A stretch of DNA of 53,319 nt, taken from positions 1 to 53,319 of the IMG/VR virus record IMGVR_UViG_3300030106_001611; one strand, 5' to 3'. Position numbers and translations under genes: made by a program. This DNA is from a virus. Taxonomy: Duplodnaviria; Caudoviricetes. The notes under the pieces are model-generated. The model was not told the DNA's origin, did no database searches, and was given only the letters and a program-made list of their open reading frames with translations. Of the stretch, positions 1 to 6,609 are shown one piece after another (position 1 is the stretch's first letter; each line of letters starts with the position of its first letter).

Positions 1-80
1 GTGCTAAAACTGGGGATACCTTACGAGGTGTCGTGAGGTTGTTTCGTTCGTTGGTTGAGAAGCGGGGTTGGATTCATTTC
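1..80. repeat. 80-bp terminal direct repeat, left copy (circular assembly overlap)
   Basis: Bases 1-80 equal 53240-53319 except A60 vs G53299. Confidence 0.95.
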
Positions 81-99
81 CAGCCCCGTTTCTTTTTTT
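61..99 (+). terminator. Intrinsic terminator after the 53021-53275 gene (across the junction)
   Basis: GCGGGGTTGGA/TCCAGCCCCGT stem followed by a T-run. Confidence 0.8.
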
Positions 100-100
100 G

Positions 101-129
101 TTGACAAGGTATTTGGTTATCGATATTGA
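101..129 (+). promoter_or_regulatory. Putative sigma70 promoter for early genes
   Basis: TTGACA-17 bp-TATTGA directly after a terminator; -10 lacks the final T. Confidence 0.5.
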
Positions 130-136
130 TAAAGTT

Positions 137-358
137 ATGAAGATATCCCGACCCAAAGAAGCAACGTGGGACAACGCCAAACTATATCGCGTTGATTTCT
201 ACGACTTGCGACTACCAGTATCCGGCACACGGCTCGTGTGGGCTGTTGTCGGACACAAATGGGTTCGCATATGTACCCCTGTACAAAACAAAAAGTTTCG
301 TGTAAGACGGGGTGAATGGGACAAAATGTCAACACAGGAGATACCCGACGATGAATAA
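137..358 (+). CDS. Hypothetical early protein (73 aa)
   Basis: ATG at 137 preferred; the TTG at 68 lies inside the terminator. Confidence 0.65.
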   Translation: MKISRPKEATWDNAKLYRVDFYDLRLPVSGTRLVWAVVGHKWVRICTPVQNKKFRVRRGEWDKMSTQEIPDDE

Positions 359-545
359 TATTCGCAAACAACTTAAAAATGACACGAGTGAGGAAATTGA
401 CTTTCACTTATTGATTGCTGTTGTTAATGAAATCCTAGAAGATGTTAAACACGGGGACTACACCGCTATTGAGTGTTTGTTTCAATACTTGGACGACCCA
501 GAATATAGACTAAAACAATTTTTAAGAAACCCTAGTACAGATTAA
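351..545 (+). CDS. Hypothetical early protein
   Basis: AGGAG RBS before ATG 351; tightly packed with neighbours. Confidence 0.65.
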   Translation: MNNIRKQLKNDTSEEIDFHLLIAVVNEILEDVKHGDYTAIECLFQYLDDPEYRLKQFLRNPSTD

Positions 546-557
546 GGAGGGAGATTG

Positions 558-746
558 ATGATGCCAAAGTATGAAGTAATGCGAAGCTACACTGTATGTA
601 GCGTCGCCATTGTTGAAGCAGAGAACAGTGATGAGGCTATAGAAAAGGCCATAGTTGGAGACTGTATTACAGTCAAAGAATACGATTCTGATTATGATGA
701 GGACATTACTGTAGAGGAGATAAGCAGTGAACGTACCGACGTTTGA
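558..746 (+). CDS. Small acidic protein, DpnD/PcfM-like
   Basis: AAGGAGG RBS; VEAENSDEAIEKA motif. Confidence 0.6.
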   Translation: MMPKYEVMRSYTVCSVAIVEAENSDEAIEKAIVGDCITVKEYDSDYDEDITVEEISSERTDV

Positions 747-894
747 AGAATTAAAGCGGGATTTACAAATCCTAGAAATTGAACCAGAGTATGACCGCAT
801 AGGACGAATTAAATTGACAGGCAATCGTCCCGCCTCTATTAAAGTTACAAAGTTAATGTTAAAAAGAGCGAACGATGGAAAACAAAAAACGTAA
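727..894 (+). CDS. Hypothetical 55-aa protein (not in the ORF track)
   Basis: GAGGAG RBS, GTG start, fills the gap between neighbours (MNVPTFEELKRDLQ...). Confidence 0.55.
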   Translation: MNVPTFEELKRDLQILEIEPEYDRIGRIKLTGNRPASIKVTKLMLKRANDGKQKT

Positions 895-1063
895 ATTTGT
901 AGTCGAGGTGGTTGCATCTGTATGCCAAGAAATAATTGTTAGGGCTGATTCGGAAGAAGAAGCAAAAGAACAGGCACATGAAATATTTGCAGATGATTGG
1001 AGACAACTTGAAGGTGTGCCAGAAATATTTGAACAATACACATACGACATAGGCGAGGTGTAA
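875..1063 (+). CDS. Small acidic protein, DpnD/PcfM-like; probable paralog of 558-746
   Basis: VRADSEEEAKEQA motif. Confidence 0.6.
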   Translation: MENKKRKFVVEVVASVCQEIIVRADSEEEAKEQAHEIFADDWRQLEGVPEIFEQYTYDIGEV

Positions 1064-1065
1064 CA

Positions 1066-1275
1066 ATGGGAAAAGTTAAAGCATGGGCAATGGACAACGA
1101 AGACAAATGGTTCGACATTGCTAATTCAATAATTGGCGGTTGCGAAACTATAGCTGAATTTATCATAGCAATGGAACCACACAGTGACTTGATGGCGCAT
1201 TTCACAAGTGAGGAACTTAACGAACTGCAATGTGAAGCATGGGATGAATACTGGAGCGAGTACAATGTACGTTGA
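1066..1275 (+). CDS. Hypothetical acidic protein
   Basis: GAGGT RBS; operon packing. Confidence 0.7.
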   Translation: MGKVKAWAMDNEDKWFDIANSIIGGCETIAEFIIAMEPHSDLMAHFTSEELNELQCEAWDEYWSEYNVR

Positions 1276-1462
1276 ACCAGCGTACCCCAACTTGGCAAGC
1301 GACCCACGCTTAACAAATGTTACTGACAAATGGCGAACGTTAAACAGACAAATCAGTGACGCTGACTGGCATGGCAAGCCCGTGACAAAAGTAGAACATG
1401 ACAAATTATCCACGCTAAGACAAATGGTGCACGATGGCAAATTATACACACCAAAATTTTGA
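1265..1462 (+). CDS. Hypothetical protein
   Basis: GGAG RBS before ATG 1265. Confidence 0.6.
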   Translation: MYVEPAYPNLASDPRLTNVTDKWRTLNRQISDADWHGKPVTKVEHDKLSTLRQMVHDGKLYTPKF

Positions 1463-1616
1463 CAAACGAACCACATTAAACCCTAATTTCAAATGTATTA
1501 AGTGCGGCGAACCAGCAATGGTTTATGTAGATAAATGGCTTTACTGTCCAAAATGCTATCTAAAAGAACAGGGCGCGAAAATAAAACCGCTTGACCATCG
1601 CGGGTTTTATCCATAA
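1434..1616 (+). CDS. Small Zn-ribbon protein
   Basis: CIKC...CPKC. Confidence 0.6.
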   Translation: MANYTHQNFDKRTTLNPNFKCIKCGEPAMVYVDKWLYCPKCYLKEQGAKIKPLDHRGFYP

Positions 1617-1650
1617 GGTTCCAGAACAATCAACAAAAGGAACCAACCAG

Positions 1651-1884
1651 ATGAAAAAACGAATACATATAAACCAGCACGTGATTCGTGCAAATAAAAA
1701 GAACGGGGAAGCGAACCCGCCTATCACTGTCAAAACCAGTAAAAGCAATCATTATACCTATGCGGCAGAAATTGACGGGTTGTCGCGGGTTGTCTACTCA
1801 CCAGATAAACCGTTATCTTGTGGTGCTAAAGTTTGGATAGAAACCGACGCGCCAGTCTGGATTCACACGGGCGAGGTAATATGA
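1651..1884 (+). CDS. Conserved phage hypothetical protein
   Basis: AAAGGA RBS; KRIHINQH...KPLSCGAKVWIET pattern recognised from marine phages. Confidence 0.7.
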   Translation: MKKRIHINQHVIRANKKNGEANPPITVKTSKSNHYTYAAEIDGLSRVVYSPDKPLSCGAKVWIETDAPVWIHTGEVI

Positions 1885-2567
1885 TGAAAAAAGCAGATAT
1901 AAACAAGCCAGCCGTGACCATGTATCCAAAGAGCCGTCGCGCTGTTGCCGATTGCAAATCCGTTTTGAAACAATCCAAAAACAAAAAACTGTCAAAAGAT
2001 GACTTGCCCATAATTAAAAAAGGCAAGTTTAAAGGTTATATAATCTATACTCTGACGTTAGAAGAACGGGCAACTTGTCCTCGTTATTGTTATCACTGGG
2101 ATGACTGCTACGGTAACAATATGCACAGAGGGCACCGTATAGAGCACGGGCCGGAACTTGAAGCCGCATTACAAAAAGAAGTTGCGGAACTTTGCGGATT
2201 GTATCGCGGGGTTATTATCCGGTTACACGTGCTGGGTGATTTCTATTCGGTGGATTATGTCGAACTATGGCAATTTCTATTAGACAGGTTTGATAACTTG
2301 GCTATTTGGGGATTTACTGGGCACAAGCCATCTAGTGATATCGGGCTTGCTATCCGTGCCGTGCGGGGTGGATTCGGTGACCGATTCGCTGTCCGTTTTA
2401 GCAACGCGCCGGACTGGCAATTCAGCGCGAACAGTGCCGACCTATTCGAACCAGTCAAAAACAAATCGGTAATCTGTCCAGAACAAACAGGCGCGACCGA
2501 ATCGTGCGCGACGTGCACAATATGCTGGGCGGCAAAAGATATGCAGGTTTTGTTTCAAACCCATTGA
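1881..2567 (+). CDS. GP88-like Cys-rich (probable Fe-S) protein
   Basis: CPRYCYHWDDC, RLHVLGDF, CPEQ...CATCTIC; GAGGT RBS. Confidence 0.7.
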   Translation: MMKKADINKPAVTMYPKSRRAVADCKSVLKQSKNKKLSKDDLPIIKKGKFKGYIIYTLTLEERATCPRYCYHWDDCYGNNMHRGHRIEHGPELEAALQKEVAELCGLYRGVIIRLHVLGDFYSVDYVELWQFLLDRFDNLAIWGFTGHKPSSDIGLAIRAVRGGFGDRFAVRFSNAPDWQFSANSADLFEPVKNKSVICPEQTGATESCATCTICWAAKDMQVLFQTH

Positions 2568-2659
2568 TGACAAATTGCCCACGCTAAACTATTATTGGGG
2601 CTTGTGTGTGCTTTCGGTTTCCGTTGTTGGTTCGGGGGGCTGGGCACGGCACGGGCGGC

Positions 2660-2702
2660 GGGGTGTCGCGAGTCGCGGGGCGGCATCCCATTATTTTTTT
2701 TT
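2660..2702 (+). terminator. Intrinsic terminator
   Basis: GGGGTGTCGC/GCGGCATCCC 10-bp stem plus long T-run. Confidence 0.7.
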
Positions 2703-2780
2703 CGGGAATCGGGTTCCCATCTGGTCAATTCCGTGTATAGTTGTGTTATTGTTAATCAAACAACGAAAGGAACGAAACGA

Positions 2781-3794
2781 ATGTTTGATTTAATCCAGCC
2801 CGAATATCAGCGCGAGGGCGGCGCGACCTACTACCATCACAACGAAGTATCAGATACCCAGCTTTTCAAAGATATGGGTTCGGTGCGGCGGGTGCCAATC
2901 GAAGCCATCACAAGCCAAGATTATTCCGACATTGAATTGTGCGAATCAACACCAATGCCGAATTACTCAGCTTTGCAAAATACGGCAACGGGTGAGTTAC
3001 TGGATACGCGGCCAATCGGTAAAACCTACAAGCTTGTTCCGCATGATGAACTGTTCGCGAACCATGCCGATATCTTGGCGGGTTCAGATTTACCCGTCGG
3101 CAATGTAAAAGTGCTAGACCGAATATATGATGATGGATTGCGTGCCCATCGAACCGTCCATTTCATGGACTTACAACACAGCGTTGGTGAAAAGCAGGAC
3201 AACGTTGTCTGTCGCATGGACATATTCAACAGCATAGATATGTCTTGGGCTTTCCAGATATTCAGCGGGGCATATCGTGACTTGTGCCGCAATACGTTGG
3301 TGTTCGGTGGTGAGAAGGCGTATCACCAGAAATCAAAACACACTAAGAACCTCGAACCAGCGGCATTGATTAGCAAGGCGGCAATGGGTTTGAATATGTG
3401 GGAAACCCAGCTTGAGTTGATGAACCGTTGGCGGGGTGCCCGTTTATCAGATGAACAATTCGGGCAGATACTTGCCGAAACGGTCTGCCATAAATCCGGC
3501 GCGGCGGCTGAACAAGGCCATGCCAAGCCAGTGAATGAGCGGCTATTCAATTATCTGATGCACCAATTCAATGCCGAAAAGCAGGAATTGGGCGCGACTA
3601 TGTGGGCGGCCTATAATGCCCTGACGCATTGGTCAACGCACACAAACGTGACATGGCAGGATGCAAACGGGACCGAGCGGCAGACTGGCAAAAGCACAGC
3701 CAGCCAGCACTTGGTTCAGCGAACCCGTAACGATAAGGTACGCGACGTTATCACAAGCCCGTCATGGCAATATCTTGAATCACTGGCGGCGTGA
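2781..3794 (+). CDS. DUF932-family protein
   Basis: YKLVPHDELF, NSIDMSW, RDLCRNTL, HTKN, TMWAAYNALTHWSTH; AAAGGA RBS before ATG 2781. Confidence 0.75.
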   Translation: MFDLIQPEYQREGGATYYHHNEVSDTQLFKDMGSVRRVPIEAITSQDYSDIELCESTPMPNYSALQNTATGELLDTRPIGKTYKLVPHDELFANHADILAGSDLPVGNVKVLDRIYDDGLRAHRTVHFMDLQHSVGEKQDNVVCRMDIFNSIDMSWAFQIFSGAYRDLCRNTLVFGGEKAYHQKSKHTKNLEPAALISKAAMGLNMWETQLELMNRWRGARLSDEQFGQILAETVCHKSGAAAEQGHAKPVNERLFNYLMHQFNAEKQELGATMWAAYNALTHWSTHTNVTWQDANGTERQTGKSTASQHLVQRTRNDKVRDVITSPSWQYLESLAA

Positions 3795-3874
3795 TGGAAG
3801 CACTATACGTCATTTATCGCAGTCTGACGGTGCTGTTGATAATTGTATTCATTTACGCCGTTTTCATTCAATAA
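3794..3874 (+). CDS. 26-aa membrane peptide (not in the ORF track)
   Basis: TGATG coupling; MEALYVIYRSLTVLLIIVFIYAVFIQ. Confidence 0.5.
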   Translation: MEALYVIYRSLTVLLIIVFIYAVFIQ

Positions 3875-3895
3875 CTGGAAAAAGGAACCAGAACG

Positions 3896-4291
3896 ATGAC
3901 AACCAACAACGAACATATTAATGAGCTTTGCAACCAGCTTGTGGCGGCGGTGCGGCAGGATATCCGGCAGGAATTAACCGAAAAATTGCGCGAGGAATTC
4001 GCCACGGGTGTCGCAACTGGTATGCACGGCGAACCATTGGAACCAGTCGCACGGCGGCGCGGCGAACGGGGTGCCGATAAACGACCGTTTCGCCCTAATT
4101 CATCCCTTGCCAAGCTTTATCGGGTTTTGGCTAGTCGTAAGACTGGGGTGAATATCCAGACATTGGCGCGTGAAACCGGACTGACTAAAAAGGCGATTCA
4201 TATGGCAGTTTATAAGCTTCGCAAACATGGCTATAGCATTGTGGTAAAGCGCGAGGGATTCCAGCGGCCAAAATATAAGCTTGCCAGCTAA
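3896..4291 (+). CDS. Winged helix-turn-helix DNA-binding protein
   Basis: IQTLARETGLTKKAIHMAVYKLRKHGYSI. Confidence 0.75.
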   Translation: MTTNNEHINELCNQLVAAVRQDIRQELTEKLREEFATGVATGMHGEPLEPVARRRGERGADKRPFRPNSSLAKLYRVLASRKTGVNIQTLARETGLTKKAIHMAVYKLRKHGYSIVVKREGFQRPKYKLAS

Positions 4292-4362
4292 ACCAAAACC
4301 AACTATTAATAATGGGGACGGGGCACAGCTTGTCCTCATTTTTAACAGAAGGAACCAACGAT

Positions 4363-4608
4363 ATGAAAAGCACAATATCACTCAATAAGGATAATTTCGA
4401 TAGCGACGCTAAGCGGATGATAGTTTTAACCACAGTTGAAGCGGCGTTAATCTTGCAATCTATCGAAGCATTAGAAACACAGGCGGCGGCGTCAAAGGCG
4501 TTGCTCCGGTCTTTGGGTTTCGACCATTATACCCATGCAACCGACAACCCGCGAACCGTTGCCCGTCTAAATTTAGCGGTGAAAGAGGCCAGCGATGACC
4601 GCAACTAA
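4363..4608 (+). CDS. Hypothetical protein
   Basis: AAGGA RBS before ATG 4363. Confidence 0.65.
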   Translation: MKSTISLNKDNFDSDAKRMIVLTTVEAALILQSIEALETQAAASKALLRSLGFDHYTHATDNPRTVARLNLAVKEASDDRN

Positions 4609-4705
4609 TATCATTATGCTTGTATTGCTGGCATGGATTGTTATTGCTTGCTGGTGTTTGTGTGCCGCACTATACGACTTAGCGCGGGATGATTTGAACC
4701 GCTAG
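4595..4705 (+). CDS. 36-aa membrane peptide (not in the ORF track)
   Basis: GAGG RBS; hydrophobic IIMLVLLAWIVIACWCLCAALY. Confidence 0.5.
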   Translation: MTATNIIMLVLLAWIVIACWCLCAALYDLARDDLNR

Positions 4706-4752
4706 TTTATCCTCCACAGGGGCGGGCTTGCCTCCCTTTCCCGCTCCCACTT

Positions 4753-4786
4753 GACCTCGCTAGCTAGTCTGGCGGGGTTCTTTTTT
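4753..4786 (+). terminator. Intrinsic terminator ending the early operon
   Basis: ACCTCGCTAG/CTGGCGGGGT stem plus T-run. Confidence 0.8.
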
Positions 4787-5165
4787 GTCTGGACTTGTTT
4801 ATCGCCAGCACGGGATTGTAAAGCTTGTAGATATTTGGTGCGGGGATTGTGTGGGAAGGCATATATATTTTACCGTGAAGGCCATGCCACGGGATACCAG
4901 CATGACAAAACAATCATGGGCGCATACGTGCGTGCGGGATATTGCGGGGTTTAGTGTGTGTTCGCGGGGTTGCAACGACCAGCCATAAAGCCAGCGCGGG
5001 AACTATCACCGATGGTTTGTAAAAATATTTGGCTGTGCGCGGGTGCGCGAGGGACACCCCACCCCCCTGCCAATTGCTATGCAATCCCGACATATTTTTT
5101 GTATATTTAGGTTATCGACATGGGTTATTTGCAACCCGTTAGGGGACCCCAAGGTATTACCCAAC

Positions 5166-5195
5166 AAAAAAACCCCCCGGCTTGAACCGAAGGGT
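5166..5195 (-). terminator. Intrinsic terminator (minus strand)
   Basis: ACCCUUCGG-UUCAAG-CCGGGGGGU plus U-run; G-U pairs work only on the minus strand. Confidence 0.8.
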
Positions 5196-5255
5196 ATCAT
5201 TTTGCGAACCTTTAGGGAGACGGGGGGTAGATATGGGGTTTATCCCCGGCAGACC
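5166..5255 (-). ncRNA. Putative ~90-nt small RNA
   Basis: Bounded by a near-consensus minus-strand promoter and a minus-strand terminator; no credible ORF inside. Confidence 0.6.
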
Positions 5256-5261
5256 TAGTTC

Positions 5262-5290
5262 ATTGTATAGGTAAAATTCGCATTTGTCAA
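5262..5290 (-). promoter_or_regulatory. Leftward sigma70 promoter
   Basis: TTGACA (5290-5285)-17 bp-TACAAT (5267-5262). Confidence 0.75.
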
Positions 5291-5340
5291 CAAAAATCGA
5301 CCCTAAGTCAAATTTTTGACTCAATAACCCTCATAACGTG

Positions 5341-5369
5341 TTGACAACGGTTCCAAAACTCGCCATAAT
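5341..5369 (+). promoter_or_regulatory. Rightward sigma70 promoter of the packaging/structural operon
   Basis: TTGACA-17 bp-CATAAT. Confidence 0.75.
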
Positions 5370-5404
5370 AGAGGAATATTGCTTCTGGTTCGTGGAGAAA
5401 AGGA

Positions 5405-5605
5405 ATGTTCGAAGCTTGGATATTGATTTGTTTGGTTTCTAACCCATCAGAATGCACTGAAGCACAGGATATGTTGGGTCCCTACGCTACTGTAGAGCGA
5501 TGCGAAGCTCGTGCAGACGAAATGGTGACAAATTCTCTTAAAATAGTACCCTTCGAAACTACCGTTAAATGGAAATGTGTTGACGTAAGCGACAACTATA
5601 CCTGA
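5405..5605 (+). CDS. Small Cys-containing, probably exported protein
   Basis: Hydrophobic N-terminus; YATVERC...KWKC. Confidence 0.65.
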   Translation: MFEAWILICLVSNPSECTEAQDMLGPYATVERCEARADEMVTNSLKIVPFETTVKWKCVDVSDNYT

Positions 5606-5608
5606 TAT

Positions 5609-6016
5609 ATGAATTTACTTCCCCAAACTCAAGCCAAGAAACCTGCTTTGACCGAAAAACAGGAACAGTTCTTGGATGCGCTGTTCGAAAACGGCGGTAA
5701 TATGCGTCAGGCAGCAGAAGTTGTCGGCTATGCGTCCGGTTCTGTCAAATGGTTGAAGGACAGACTGGCTGACGAGATAGTAGAACGCACACGAACCATG
5801 TTAGCGGGACAATCCTTACAAGCCGCGAACAAAATAGCTAACCTCGTAACCGCCCCAGACATAGAACGGGGTGATGACCTGCGCCTACGAGCAGCGGAAG
5901 CCATCCTCAACCGTGTTGGGCTTGGTAAGCAGGAAACCATGAACCATAATGTGCAGGCAATCCACGGCGTAGTCCTGTTGCCGCCCAAAAAAGAAACTAT
6001 CATAGAAGGAAACTAA
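5609..6016 (+). CDS. terS: Terminase small subunit
   Basis: LTEKQEQFL...QAAEVVGY HTH; upstream of terL. Confidence 0.75.
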   Translation: MNLLPQTQAKKPALTEKQEQFLDALFENGGNMRQAAEVVGYASGSVKWLKDRLADEIVERTRTMLAGQSLQAANKIANLVTAPDIERGDDLRLRAAEAILNRVGLGKQETMNHNVQAIHGVVLLPPKKETIIEGN

Positions 6017-6019
6017 CCG

Positions 6020-6343
6020 ATGGAAATGGCCCGGAACGCAATAGCTTCACGATACGCAGGTATGAGTGAGGCTGAGTTTAATAAAGAAGTTAGTGATGTG
6101 GCTCGAACCGCGAGGAATGATTCCGAAGCTGCACAAGCTAGGGACCGGATGATTCGTCTAAGAGAAATGGGTATGGGAACCAAGCCCCCATCCGAAGTTG
6201 TGCAGGATGAAAAAAGGGGCGGTAAAAATCCACCCAGCGTCATGGCTCGTGGTGGCAAAGCCAAAGGCTATCGCTACGGCACACCCAAGGGTGGCGTAAG
6301 AAAGAAAGTTAAAGCTTGTCGCGGACGCAAAGCGAATTATTAA
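6020..6343 (+). CDS. Hypothetical protein with GG motifs (possible virion protein)
   Basis: RBS; MARGGKAK, RGRKANY. Confidence 0.65.
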   Translation: MEMARNAIASRYAGMSEAEFNKEVSDVARTARNDSEAAQARDRMIRLREMGMGTKPPSEVVQDEKRGGKNPPSVMARGGKAKGYRYGTPKGGVRKKVKACRGRKANY

Positions 6344-6354
6344 GGAGTAGGGAT

Positions 6355-6609
6355 ATGTCAGAAATAAGACAGCCTAGACATGGTGGGGATGATTATGACC
6401 CGGCTATGGAGGCGTTTAAAAAAAAGGTCCGTGATTGGATGGCGGGTGGCAGAAAAGGACCCGCACCGGAGTACGATTCTTCCGAAATGTATATGGGAGA
6501 AGGAGAAATAACTACTGCACGACAGATAAAAAATAGAGCCAATTTGATGAAGCTGAGAAGCAAAATAGCAAAGGGCCGTCAAGCTGCAAGCAGCACAGAA
6601 AAAGATTAA
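6355..6609 (+). CDS. Hypothetical protein
   Basis: TAAGGAG RBS; TAATG coupling to terL. Confidence 0.7.
   Translation: MSEIRQPRHGGDDYDPAMEAFKKKVRDWMAGGRKGPAPEYDSSEMYMGEGEITTARQIKNRANLMKLRSKIAKGRQAASSTEKD

Noticed and set aside
2595-2780. 62-codon TTG-start extension of the DUF932 ORF
   Set aside because: It crosses a terminator; ATG 2781 has a clear RBS.
2528-4490. About 12 plus-strand GGCGGC copies as Chi-like sites
   Set aside because: Largely explained by GCG-GC Ala-Ala coding that follows from GCWGC avoidance.
5088-5118. dif-like site (TGTATA followed by TTAGGTTA)
   Set aside because: Only a partial XerD-arm match and no XerC-like arm.
5172-5215. tRNA suggested by GGTTCAAG/GGTTCG on the minus strand
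   Set aside because: No cloverleaf, anticodon arm or acceptor stem; it folds better as a terminator. I saw no tRNA genes in the window.
4751-5258. Short ORFs in the track (4751, 4785, 5006, 5043)
   Set aside because: No RBS, atypical composition, and they overlap terminators.
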